Shown piece by piece: positions 1 through 9,116 of a stretch of 33,851 nucleotides of DNA. The stretch is from Candidatus Bathyarchaeia archaeon. Lineage in GTDB: Archaea; Thermoproteota; Bathyarchaeia; Bathyarchaeales; Bathycorpusculaceae. The stretch covers positions 1-33,851 of the forward strand of contig JBEKWR010000022.1 of the NCBI GenBank assembly GCA_049512935.1, in the 5' to 3' direction. The translations under genes were made by a program, and so were the position numbers. Each line of letters begins with the position of its first letter. Position 1 is the first letter of the stretch. A model generated the notes under the pieces. That model did no database searches. It was not told the origin of the DNA and saw only the letters and a list, made by a program, of their open reading frames with translations.

Positions 1-638
1 AGGCTTTTTTGCCGATTGACACTTTGAAAGGCATTATTCTCGGTGGTCCTGGTCCTACGAAGTATGATTTTGAGAAGGGCGGCTTCTTGAATTATCAGTT
101 GAAGGACAAGATTTTGGACGTTGTTGACACGGCTTACGTTGAGGAGCAGGGCGTTAAGGAAGTTATGGATAAAGCGCCTGAAATCATGAAGAAAGTCCGC
201 TACATTGAAGAGAAAGATATCATGCAGAAGTTCCTCTACGAAGTCGGCCACGACACGGGAATGATAACTTACGGCGAGGCTGAGGTGAGGCGGCTTCTTC
301 AGGCGGGAGCAGTCCGTTTGCTTATCATGTCTGAAAGCTTGGATTTGGTCCGCGTCACCGTGAAATGCAGCGCCTGCGGCTACGAGGAGCAGCACACCGT
401 GAAGGCTCAGGAAGTAGCGGGTTTCGAGCAAGGGCTCGTCGGCAAACCCTGTGCGAAATGCAGCGCGCCATCAACGACCGTTCTGGAGAAGAAGGATGTT
501 ATAGACGATTTGGCTGAGTTAGCTGAGCTTTCTAATACGGATGTGGAGATTATTTCGACTGAAACTGAAGAGGGGCAGATGCTTAAGAACGCGTTCGGCG
601 GTATAGCGGCGATGCTCAGGTTCAAACAGCAAGGTTAA
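1..638 (+). CDS. prf1: Peptide chain release factor aRF1, C-terminal part (5' truncated by window edge)
   Basis: GIILGGPGPTK, VDTAY-EEQGVKE, YGEAEV, CxxC...CxxC mini-domain, and STETEEGQML..AFGGIAAMLRF C-terminal signature of aRF1/eRF1. Confidence 0.95.
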   Translation, partial: AFLPIDTLKGIILGGPGPTKYDFEKGGFLNYQLKDKILDVVDTAYVEEQGVKEVMDKAPEIMKKVRYIEEKDIMQKFLYEVGHDTGMITYGEAEVRRLLQAGAVRLLIMSESLDLVRVTVKCSACGYEEQHTVKAQEVAGFEQGLVGKPCAKCSAPSTTVLEKKDVIDDLAELAELSNTDVEIISTETEEGQMLKNAFGGIAAMLRFKQQG

Positions 639-858
639 ACTGCTTTTTGTGTTGAAATTTTGTCACAAATAGTAGCCTACCCTGATGGGTCGGGAATTGT
701 TTAACATGCTTCATTTTTGTGATGGTTTTTGGTCACAAATACTAGACCCCTCCCCCTCTCGTCGCCAGTCAGGGCTTGTTTTGCGTTGCTTTTTTGGTTT
801 AGGGCTTGAATCGCTTGTAGTCGTAATTCCTTTCGATTGATCGGAATTGATGGCGGGC

Positions 859-1536
859 TCAATGGGCGCTGTAGGTTGCTGTTACGTCTTGGAATGCGCC
901 GTCTTCAAACGCGTAGACCCTTACGGTCGTGCCGATGTACTTGCCCCAATCCCAGCTTGGCCCTAGGTACCTTGAAGGGTCGTTCCACACCGCATCGGAT
1001 GGGTCCACGTGAACCCAGCGCCCGTTGTAGTAGTCTTCTGCCCAGACGTGAATGTAACTCCAGCTTGAAGTGTCAACAGCCACCACGAGCCTGCTCTGGT
1101 AGCCGAGCGCAAGGCAAGCCGACACGTAAACAATGCTCCACTGCACGCAGATGCCGTCGCCGCTAGCTAAAATCTGGAATGGGTTTTCATAGAATCCGTT
1201 AGGGTCGTTGGCGAACGTAAGCTTGCTCTTCTCCCACGTGAAAAGGTCAGTTTGATTATAGTTCGGGTTAAGCAGCGCAAGCATTTGGGTTTTTGTTTGG
1301 CTTGAATTCAAGTTTTTCATCACGCTCAAATAGCCTTCAGCGAGTGATTTGAAGCCTGACGGCATGCTGTTCAGTTCATTGTTAAGCTGGTTGTTTGCTT
1401 GTTTGCTGCTTGTAGGGAACCAGAAGTACGCGACAGCTATCAGCATCGCGATTAGAAGCACAGCAAAGACCACTGCCGCGAGGTTATTGGATTTCTTCTG
1501 TTTTCTTGTTGCCTGCGCTTTCTTGACGGGGCACAT
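859..1536 (-). CDS. Membrane-anchored transglutaminase-like protein with a PNGase (Png1)-like core
   Basis: N-terminal basic stretch and TM helix; Cys-His-Asp triad in GICVQW / HVWAE / WVHVDPS; C-terminal WGK...AF...DVT..Y. Confidence 0.8.
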   Translation of the reverse strand: MCPVKKAQATRKQKKSNNLAAVVFAVLLIAMLIAVAYFWFPTSSKQANNQLNNELNSMPSGFKSLAEGYLSVMKNLNSSQTKTQMLALLNPNYNQTDLFTWEKSKLTFANDPNGFYENPFQILASGDGICVQWSIVYVSACLALGYQSRLVVAVDTSSWSYIHVWAEDYYNGRWVHVDPSDAVWNDPSRYLGPSWDWGKYIGTTVRVYAFEDGAFQDVTATYSAH

Positions 1537-1654
1537 GCATGTTAGTCAATAGGGTTCCTCGTAAAAAGTTATCCCAATTTTACTCCAGTAACGGCATACT
1601 CCATCCTTGAGCAGGTCTTTTGAAAACGAAGAATCCCATCCGTGCCCCAAAAGT

Positions 1655-1703
1655 TGTTCTGCTGCAGAACAGAAAAGCGGTGATCTTGTTCTGGCGCAGA
1701 ACA
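1655..1703. repeat. Two tandem palindromes TGTTCTG-N3-CAGAACA (possible operator pair or RNA hairpins)
   Basis: tgttctg-ctg-cagaaca at 1655-1671 and tgttctg-gcg-cagaaca at 1687-1703, 32 bp apart. Confidence 0.65.
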
Positions 1704-1865
1704 ATTATGGCTCATTCTCAAAAAGTTGCTGTTGAAAATCGGTTTTGGGGTAAGGTGAGGGAGGAAACCCCTCTCCCTTGAACTACAACTCTTTACAATT
1801 GTCTTAAGCGCTTGTTTGGTTTAAAAGGGATATTTCGGTTCTCGTAATATATCCAGTTCAACGCA

Positions 1866-2138
1866 TCAACAGTTCAAAAGCCGCTCGATTTGGTTTTTTG
1901 TTAAATCGTGAACAAACAACTGCTTCTGCCTCGAAGTGGCACCGCTTACAATCTCAACTTTGGCATGCAAAAGCTTTGAAAACTCTTTCGAAATTTTTTT
2001 GTTTACTTTTCCCTTGACGGGTTCTTCTGTGCTGTGGACAACGATTTCTTCTCCGTCAAGCTCTACTTTGAATTTTGGGGAGTTGGGTTTGACAAAAATG
2101 GTGATGATTGTGCCATCTTTGGTTTCTTTGATGCTCAT
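1866..2138 (-). CDS. yggU: DUF167/UPF0235 (YggU) family protein
   Basis: IFVKPNS...EEPVKGKVN...VEIVSGATSRQK motif; ATG at 2138 overlaps the topoisomerase stop (ATGA), so the track's 40-aa N-terminal extension is unlikely. Confidence 0.9.
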   Translation of the reverse strand: MSIKETKDGTIITIFVKPNSPKFKVELDGEEIVVHSTEEPVKGKVNKKISKEFSKLLHAKVEIVSGATSRQKQLFVHDLTKNQIERLLNC

Positions 2139-3805
2139 GCGGTTATGCACTCGGCTGCCTGCGCTTGCGCCTTGTTGCTTTGTAGTGCCCAGCTGAACTT
2201 GTTGCGGAGGGTTTTGGGGTAGAATTTTTCGATGTCGAACTTTACTTTTTTCGCCCATTTCACGTAAGCCGTCGGGTCAATGTACGACTTCAGCGAAGTG
2301 CCCAAGTTGTACTCTTTGGTGAGTTTCGTGAGGTTTACGTCGAGTTCAGCTTTAGCTATGCGTTTTTCAAGCGCTTCAGTTTTTTTGCCAGCAGCCTTCT
2401 TAACCTGCAGCTGCGCCTCAAGAGCCTTGAGGTTGGCTTCCTTCTTCTCCAACCGCTGATCAAAGGTTGGGGGTATTTTCTTTTTATGGTTGGCAACAAC
2501 CGCGACTTCATAATTGGCAATCTTTGCATGGTATGTTTTCACGTAATCTTGTGAATCTTTCGTGACTGGTTCGTTTTCCAATGGTTGTTGCCTTTTGAGA
2601 GCGTCTTCAAGTGTAGACGTACACTTCCACGTGCGAAACACTTTCGCAGTTAGTTTGGGCATCTTTTCTGAGAGGAATCTTGAGACTTTTTTGGAGTCGA
2701 CGCCTTCGAAAAGGTAATCTTTGCTGGACTCCATTAAGCTTCGGATGTTCTGGATGATTCCAGGCGGCGCGGATACGTCTTTTTCCCATCTGACGCTGTC
2801 TTTGCCGAGGAAGTCAAAGTGGATTTTGCCGTCCTCAGGGAAGCTGATGTGTTCTTTCCTAAGTGTAATCGCGCCCACCGTGTCTGCCTCGTCTGGGTCT
2901 TTTTCGTCGCCGACCCTCATGTTGACCGCGAAAATCAGCCAGGAAACCGTCGCAACCTTCCGCCTCGACTCATCCTTGTCGTCGAGGTTCCGAAGAATGT
3001 GCTGCTCAATGGTTCTGATTTGTTTGCCGAGGGTTTCGGCTTTCTGGAACTTTTCCTTCTCGCGGTTCTGCTTCAGAAACGCGGTGTCGCTGAACCAGAC
3101 GTACTTGATTTTGCCCGTAAGCTTGTCTTCCCACTTCGCCACGTACATCTTGTCGGGTTCCCAAACAACCCCTTTCCATTGTCCCGCTGGAACAGGCGCG
3201 TCAGGAGGTAAGTTCAAAACGATGTCCTGCTCGCTTGGCCCGTTCTTCCATTTTCCGCGCTGCGGATGATCGCCGCGACCAGCAAAAAGGCAAGATGGCT
3301 CAGCAGTCCAGTTGGCAATCTCCAGCCGTTGCCCATCGACGTCTGCGTAACCGAACTTTTCTTTGAATTCCAGTCGACGGATTTTGCGTTCTTCAGCTTG
3401 TCGCTTTTTGACTTCTTTGGTTAAGGCTTCTTTCTTTGCTTTTTCTGTTTCGATAAAGTTGCAGACTTGGCTGAAGTCGATTTCGTCGGCTTCGCAATTG
3501 GCGCTATGGTTTTCAGAAGGATGTACGATGCTGCCCAAGTAGCTTGGGACAAATGAGTCTAAGAAGCCTGCGGAAGGGTTCTCTTTCTTTAGTTCGCTGA
3601 GGAACTCCTTCATGAAGTTGAGTTTGAAAACTTTGTCGGGCGGGGACACGGTGGACAGGCTCTTTCTGGTCCATGCAACCGCCATCTGCTCGGTTTTAGG
3701 CGTCAGTTTTAGGGTTTGACCCTTGATTTTGACGTTGAAGCCTTTGTAATCGTAAACTGGAACGAATATGCCGTTATGCTTCAGGCTTTTCATAACGTGT
3801 CGCAT
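2135..3805 (-). CDS. DNA topoisomerase IB (eukaryote-like type)
   Basis: EPSCLFAGRGDHPQRGKWK; catalytic residues in MRVGDEKD, FLGKDSVR, AKVFRT, ANHKK and LGTSLKSYIDP; coiled-coil linker before the catalytic Tyr. Confidence 0.96.
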   Translation of the reverse strand: MRHVMKSLKHNGIFVPVYDYKGFNVKIKGQTLKLTPKTEQMAVAWTRKSLSTVSPPDKVFKLNFMKEFLSELKKENPSAGFLDSFVPSYLGSIVHPSENHSANCEADEIDFSQVCNFIETEKAKKEALTKEVKKRQAEERKIRRLEFKEKFGYADVDGQRLEIANWTAEPSCLFAGRGDHPQRGKWKNGPSEQDIVLNLPPDAPVPAGQWKGVVWEPDKMYVAKWEDKLTGKIKYVWFSDTAFLKQNREKEKFQKAETLGKQIRTIEQHILRNLDDKDESRRKVATVSWLIFAVNMRVGDEKDPDEADTVGAITLRKEHISFPEDGKIHFDFLGKDSVRWEKDVSAPPGIIQNIRSLMESSKDYLFEGVDSKKVSRFLSEKMPKLTAKVFRTWKCTSTLEDALKRQQPLENEPVTKDSQDYVKTYHAKIANYEVAVVANHKKKIPPTFDQRLEKKEANLKALEAQLQVKKAAGKKTEALEKRIAKAELDVNLTKLTKEYNLGTSLKSYIDPTAYVKWAKKVKFDIEKFYPKTLRNKFSWALQSNKAQAQAAECITA

Positions 3806-3930
3806 GCTTTAAACCTCAATTTTAGATTTAATTCGGCTTTTTAGGGTTGATTCTGCAACTTCCCAATACGCTTTCGCCGAGACTTAAAAACGTATAGCAG
3901 AAAACGGCAAAGTTTTCTCGCAGACGACGG

Positions 3931-4335
3931 CTACATCAGGGTTCTCTGCTTTCTGGCAGCCCTGTCATTCTGCAGTTTCCTGTAGACGGCTTCCACGTTT
4001 TTCCTCTCAACGTACCCTTTATGCGGGCGGAAACCGCCGCTGAAGCCGCCTGGAATGTGCATAAGCTCATGAATCAGCGTTTTCTCTTTGTCTTCCGCCG
4101 ACATTTTATCGTAAATTTCCGAGATGACCTCAATCGTGTATGACGGCGGCAGGTTCAAAACTCCCTGCCAAATCTTGCCTAAGCCGTGAATGCGCGCGAT
4201 GGTTCGTCTCGCTTTAGAGCCTCTGCTTCTGACGCAGAAAACAAACTGTGGCACGACATGGTAGAATTCGCATTCTTCCGCTAACTGGTCAACCTGCTTT
4301 TTGATTTCTGGCGCTTCAAAATACTTTATCGGCAA
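3931..4335 (-). CDS. Small putative zinc metallopeptidase (HExxH)
   Basis: LIHELMHIP with a downstream His (RPH); ARIHGL and YTIEVISE motifs. Confidence 0.75.
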   Translation of the reverse strand: MPIKYFEAPEIKKQVDQLAEECEFYHVVPQFVFCVRSRGSKARRTIARIHGLGKIWQGVLNLPPSYTIEVISEIYDKMSAEDKEKTLIHELMHIPGGFSGGFRPHKGYVERKNVEAVYRKLQNDRAARKQRTLM

Positions 4336-4429
4336 CCTTATTTCCCTCTTTTCCCTGACGGCTTTGTATATGATGTTTGGGTTATGAAGTTAAATGCTTT
4401 TCCAAAGGGCAGGCGCGGGCAAGAGCGGT

Positions 4430-4741
4430 TTACCCGATTATACGCTTTACGTACGGCACTTTCAGCAGCGGGTAAAGCACAAGGCACGTTACAGTAAACG
4501 TTAGCACTGTCATTACTGGGATTTCCAGTATGGTCGGCAAAGAGTAGATGCCTAATCGCCAACCCAAGTAGGTTTCAATCAACTCAAGCAGCATCACGTG
4601 GAAAAGATAAATCGGCAACGTGTTTGCGCTGACCCAGCGGAGCACGCGGTTGAAGTTGACGTGTCCGTCAAATCGGTTTTTGGGACAGTGAGCAGAAGCG
4701 TGAAAGTGCGCCTGACGCTGCGACGGTGGTGAAGAGTAGTC
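4430..4741 (-). pseudogene. Frameshifted C-terminal remnant of an acyltransferase-3 family gene
   Basis: VSANTLPIYLFHVMLLE matches the AT3 C-terminal IYLxH motif; upstream segments FTTVAASGAL / FTLLLTVP / KNRFDGHVNFNRVLRW join only across frameshifts; N-terminal part is absent. Confidence 0.65.
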
Positions 4742-4900
4742 CTTTTGCGTCTAATTAAGCCAGTTAACCTTGGCATCGTTTTCCGTTCCTTCTTCCGTAA
4801 TTCCGCGTGTGCGCCAAAGTAATATTTATATTGGCTTGAAAGATATCGAACTGAAACATATCAGCGTAAAAACGATTAACTTTAGAGGTCCGCTAATCTT

Positions 4901-6580
4901 ATGGTTGACTATAAATGGGTTGCTCTTTCAAATACGACTCTCGGAACTTTGATGGCTTCAATAGACGCCACTATTGTCCTAATTGCGTTGCCCGCCATCT
5001 TTCGCGGAATCGACATCAACCCTTTTACGTCCTTCCAGTACATGCTTTGGATACTGTTCGGGTACAGCATCGTAACAGCCACGCTGCTCGTCACCTTCGG
5101 CAGACTCTCAGACATGTTCGGACGAGTAAGGCTCTACAACCTTGGGTTTGCCATCTTCACAGTCGGCTCGATTCTGCTTTCAATAACCCCCAGTAAGGGC
5201 GACGCAGGCGCAATCGAGTTAATAGTCTTCAGAATAGTCCAAGGCACCGGCGGCGCATTCTTGTTTGCAAACAGCGCAGCAATAATAACCGATGCGTTTC
5301 CAAGTAACGAACGCGGAAAAGCACTGGGAATAAACCAGATTTCTTTCCTAGCAGGCTCATTAATCGGTTTGGTTCTGGGTGGGATCCTGGCGGTTATTGA
5401 CTGGCGGCTTGTATTTTTGGTAAGTGTGCCCGTCGGGGTCGTCGGTACGGTTTGGTCGTATCTGAAGCTGAAGGAAAAGGCTACTATTAGAAAGAACCAG
5501 AAATTAGACATTTGGGGAAACATTGCTTTCGGCGGTGGCCTAACATTAATTTTGGCAGGCGTCATCTACGGCTTAATACCTTACGGAAACTCCGTTATGG
5601 GCTGGGGCAACCCATGGGTCATTGCTTCCCTCGTCGCTGGCACGGGTCTTCTCGTTGCCTTTCCCTTCATTGAAAGCCGCGTTGCTGAGCCGATGTTCAG
5701 GCTTGACTTGTTCAAGATACGGGCGTTTAGCGCCGGTAATCTTGCTTCGCTTTTCAGTTCCATGTCAAGGGGCGGAGTGATGATAATGCTTATCATACTG
5801 CTTCAGGGAATTTGGCTTCCTCTGCACGGGTACAGCTTTTCTTCCACGCCGTTTTGGGCTGGAATACTGATGATTCCGATGTCTATAGGATTCGTCTTAA
5901 CCGGACCGATCAGCGGCTGGCTATCAGACAAGCACGGCGCAAGGCTGCTCGCCACTTCGGGTATGGTAATTTCCGCCGCCTCCTTCATAGGCTTCGTGCT
6001 GCTCCCAGTCAACTTCATCTACATTGCCTTTGCAGCTGTACTTTTAATAATGGGACTTGGCGGCGGCATCTTCGCCTCTCCAAACATGGCATCCATAATG
6101 AACTCGGTTCCTGCAGAGCATAGGGGCGCAGCGTCAGGGATGCGTGCGACTATACAGAACAGTGCAAGCACGATAAGTCAAGCTGTCTTTTTCACCATCA
6201 TCATAGTGTCGCTAAGTGCCACTCTTCCAGGCGCCCTTTCAGCCGCGGTTACCAGTGCAGGCGCGCCTCAGCTTGCATCTGCCTTGAGTGCCACCCCAGC
6301 CTCCGCAGCCCTTTTCGCCTCGTTTCTAGGATACAACCCAGTTGCAACGATATTGCAAAGTCTTCCTGCCTCTTTGGCAAATACCATACCTAAAGCAACC
6401 AGCGCCTACCTCACCGGATCAACCTTTTTCCCAAACGCGATTTCGTCCCCGTTCATGACTGCGCTAAGGGAAGCATTCGTCATCGGAGCAGTAATGTGTG
6501 TTATAGCTGCAGTTTGTTCTGCATTAAGAGGCAGTAAATACGTTGCTGGAGAGCAGGCAACGGCTGAAGGGAAGAAATAG
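4901..6580 (+). CDS. MFS transporter, DHA2 (EmrB/QacA-like) family
   Basis: [27 protein letters not shown] (motif A), [21 protein letters not shown]; many TM segments. Confidence 0.93.
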   Translation: MVDYKWVALSNTTLGTLMASIDATIVLIALPAIFRGIDINPFTSFQYMLWILFGYSIVTATLLVTFGRLSDMFGRVRLYNLGFAIFTVGSILLSITPSKGDAGAIELIVFRIVQGTGGAFLFANSAAIITDAFPSNERGKALGINQISFLAGSLIGLVLGGILAVIDWRLVFLVSVPVGVVGTVWSYLKLKEKATIRKNQKLDIWGNIAFGGGLTLILAGVIYGLIPYGNSVMGWGNPWVIASLVAGTGLLVAFPFIESRVAEPMFRLDLFKIRAFSAGNLASLFSSMSRGGVMIMLIILLQGIWLPLHGYSFSSTPFWAGILMIPMSIGFVLTGPISGWLSDKHGARLLATSGMVISAASFIGFVLLPVNFIYIAFAAVLLIMGLGGGIFASPNMASIMNSVPAEHRGAASGMRATIQNSASTISQAVFFTIIIVSLSATLPGALSAAVTSAGAPQLASALSATPASAALFASFLGYNPVATILQSLPASLANTIPKATSAYLTGSTFFPNAISSPFMTALREAFVIGAVMCVIAAVCSALRGSKYVAGEQATAEGKK

Positions 6581-6648
6581 ACCGTGGCTGCGTCGTCAAA
6601 TCCTTATATGACAACGCTTTTATTCCCAAACGGTTTTCTCCTAGTTGG

Positions 6649-7086
6649 ATGACTATGCCAGCGGTTAAGGATATAATGACTAAAAGTGTGATCACGATCG
6701 ACGTTAACAGAAGCGTTTTTGACGCCGCACAACTCATGACGGCAAAAGGAGTAGGCTGCTTGGTGGTCACGGACAACGTCGTTCCCGTCGGAATCGTAAC
6801 AGAACGGGACTTCGTCAGGCGAATTGTGGCTCAATGCGCGTCTCTTGACACGAAAGTTTCCGAAATAATGACCAAACCCATTGTGACGGTTGACCCTGAC
6901 GTCTCAATCAAGGAAGCGGCAAGGTTGATGTCAAGCAACAAGATCAGGCGACTGCCCGTTTTAAAGCAAAACAAGCTCGTGGGAATAGTTGTCGCTACAG
7001 ACTTGGTTCGAAACGTCGGGAAAAAGACAACCGCCGAAGAAATCCTCGACGCCATAGGACGTTACCCCACGGGGCCGATCACGTAA
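6649..7086 (+). CDS. CBS-domain pair protein
   Basis: VKDIMT, VGIVTERD, VSEIMTKP, IRRLPV, LVGIV. Confidence 0.95.
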   Translation: MTMPAVKDIMTKSVITIDVNRSVFDAAQLMTAKGVGCLVVTDNVVPVGIVTERDFVRRIVAQCASLDTKVSEIMTKPIVTVDPDVSIKEAARLMSSNKIRRLPVLKQNKLVGIVVATDLVRNVGKKTTAEEILDAIGRYPTGPIT

Positions 7087-7254
7087 CCAAGCTTGACCCC
7101 TCATAAAATCCAGCAGTTTGCCCATGAAGCAAGGCTTAACTTAGGTTAAACAATCCTTAAATTGGAATTTGTTTTTCGCAACCTATTTTGCGCTGATTTA
7201 GAAAAACTTTATTACATCGCCAAGCGTTCTGGATTCTAAAAAGGTAGAAGCAAA

Positions 7255-8178
7255 TTGAAATTCGGCACATACATGTTTGAAGCAAAGAAAGTTGCAGGCT
7301 TCGATTTTGACCTTTTCCGAGTTAAACCAGAAGTAGGCAGACGACTACCCCCAAAACCCGACATGCACAGCAACATCGCAATCTTCGGAGACAACGTTAC
7401 TGCCCGTAACCACCCAGACTGGATTTCCCAGTCAGCCCTCGGCCCAGCATGGAGAACCAACGACAATTTCAACGTAAGATGGGACATTCTGTGCGCAACC
7501 CAGCCGGAACACCGCGCGGAACAACTTGACTACATCGAAGACGTCGCCCGCAAAAGCCCCGGCATATGGCTCAACAGCATCCACTTCGCAGAACACGGAC
7601 ACTGCATCTGCCCACGCTGCCAAGAACTTCACAAGAAAAGCGGCTTAAGCTGGTACGAATGGCGCAGAAAAGAAATCACCGAGTACATGGCGAAAGTCAG
7701 CGAGCGCGTACGCGACAAAGCAAAAAGCAAATTTGTCATAGGCGTCCTCCCAGACCCAGTCACGAACTATGAACGCTTCGGCGTTGACTTCGATGACTTA
7801 GCACCGCTAACCGACGAGTTCCTCGTTGTCATGTTCAGCAAAAACTACGCTACACCATGGTACTGGGAAATGCTCACCCGTAACTTCAAGAAACTCTTCA
7901 AAGACGTCAAACTGAACATCGCGTTGTACGTCATCGGCCCCGGCGACGACCCACGTGAAACACCGACCCCAAATGAACTCTTAACCGTTTCAGTGCGTAT
8001 GGCAAGAGCAGGCGTAGACGGCATTTTGTACTTGACAGACAAGGCTGCGCAGATGGTGGAGTTCCAGAAGGCTGTGATAGCTCAGAAGGACACTCGTGAA
8101 CGCCTTAAGAGCTACGGCGGAAGAGCAGGGCAAGAAGTTCTTGACTTAGTTACAAGCTGGGAAAAGATCGTAGAGTAA
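7255..8178 (+). CDS. Hypothetical protein, glycoside-hydrolase-like TIM barrel with a CxCxxC metal site
   Basis: HPDWI, GIWLNSIHF, CICPRC, W..WRRKEIT, FG(V)DF..L, VMFS pattern resembles GHL10-like proteins. Confidence 0.55.
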   Translation: MKFGTYMFEAKKVAGFDFDLFRVKPEVGRRLPPKPDMHSNIAIFGDNVTARNHPDWISQSALGPAWRTNDNFNVRWDILCATQPEHRAEQLDYIEDVARKSPGIWLNSIHFAEHGHCICPRCQELHKKSGLSWYEWRRKEITEYMAKVSERVRDKAKSKFVIGVLPDPVTNYERFGVDFDDLAPLTDEFLVVMFSKNYATPWYWEMLTRNFKKLFKDVKLNIALYVIGPGDDPRETPTPNELLTVSVRMARAGVDGILYLTDKAAQMVEFQKAVIAQKDTRERLKSYGGRAGQEVLDLVTSWEKIVE

Positions 8179-8210
8179 GCCAGAAAAAAACCGACACGTT
8201 GCAGGCATGA

Positions 8211-8252
8211 GTGGTGAAAAAAACCACCAGGCTGCCACTTTTTATTTATTTT
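8211..8252 (+). terminator. Hairpin plus T-rich tract between convergent genes
   Basis: gtggt-gaaaaaa-accac followed by ttttta-tttatttt. Confidence 0.4.
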
Positions 8253-8263
8253 TCGCTCACAGT

Positions 8264-8695
8264 TTAGTGAATGTAGTCTAACGCTTTAGTTTTGGTTTCC
8301 CGTATTTCCTTCATAGACTCGTACTGGGCTTCTATGAGGATTTTGAGCGCGTCAATGTTCTTCTTTATGTCTTCCAACTCGCCCGTCTTCAGCAGAATAC
8401 CCGACTTCACCAGCTGGTCGTCCATCCTATCCACAGTAACCTCAAGCACCTTGACTTTAAACGCGAAAATCTGCAGCATGTAAATGAGGCTCAGCTGCGA
8501 GTTCAAGGTTTCAAGTTGATCCAAGTACCGGGTTTTCTTGATAAACGCCTTGATTTTCTGCTCGTCCGAAGCATCAGGCGCCAGCATTATCTGCTCATAG
8601 AGCGCTGATTGCTTCCACGTCGCTTCTTTTGTTTCATCCACAACTTTCTGCAACCGCTTGGCGGTTTTATCTAACATGTCTAAGACTTCATCCAA
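8264..8695 (-). CDS. Hypothetical helical/coiled-coil protein
   Basis: 143-aa ORF with heptad-like pattern; purine-rich SD-like GGGGAG and TATA-like TTATATATAA upstream. Confidence 0.75.
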   Translation of the reverse strand: MDEVLDMLDKTAKRLQKVVDETKEATWKQSALYEQIMLAPDASDEQKIKAFIKKTRYLDQLETLNSQLSLIYMLQIFAFKVKVLEVTVDRMDDQLVKSGILLKTGELEDIKKNIDALKILIEAQYESMKEIRETKTKALDYIH

Positions 8696-8856
8696 ACCCT
8701 TTCTCCCCCAAACACACCATTGTTACGGTTCCAACACTGTAACAACCATTATATATAATTTTAAACCCAAGCCCAAACTAGTTGTGCGCCCTACTTTTCT
8801 CCTGCACGCACGAAACAAAAATGCGCTCACATTACAAAAGGAACCTTTTGAAAAAG

Positions 8857-8919
8857 AGCAGGAAGCAGAGGGGAGTCGCACCATTGGGCAAGGGCGCAAC
8901 GTTTTCTATGCCTCCTGCT
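8857..8919 (-). ncRNA. Candidate structured RNA (two-stem hairpin followed by a U tract)
   Basis: AGCAGGAGGCA/UGCUUCCUGCU (11 bp) and GUUGCGCC/GGUGCGAC (8 bp) pair fully only on the minus strand via G-U wobbles; followed by CUUUUUC. Confidence 0.4.
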
Positions 8920-9116
8920 TGCTGACTTATGATGTGTCGACTTTTCGTAACAATTTTGTCCCTTACATTTACGGGTTTATTGAGGGTTGTTGTCTGCTTC
9001 GTTTCCAGAAGCTTTATTGCATCACCGTCCTTCTGAGCAAGGTTATTTCTTAAACGTTTCTTTTCTTTGATTTCCCTAATTTTTGAAGGCGAAGCTTTGA
9101 GAGTGATTTAGCTTGG

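Noticed and set aside
1655-1703. Mini CRISPR array
   Set aside because: Only two 17-bp units with a 15-bp spacer, and no cas genes in the window
2721-3269. 182-aa and 130-aa plus-strand ORFs
   Set aside because: Antisense shadows of topoisomerase IB
3931-4335. Prophage signal from a phage-type metallopeptidase
   Set aside because: No integrase, structural genes or att sites; flanking genes are housekeeping
8857-8919. H/ACA guide RNA or SECIS element
   Set aside because: No 3' ACA box or clear K-turn, and no in-frame TGA selenoprotein nearby; kept only as an unclassified hairpin
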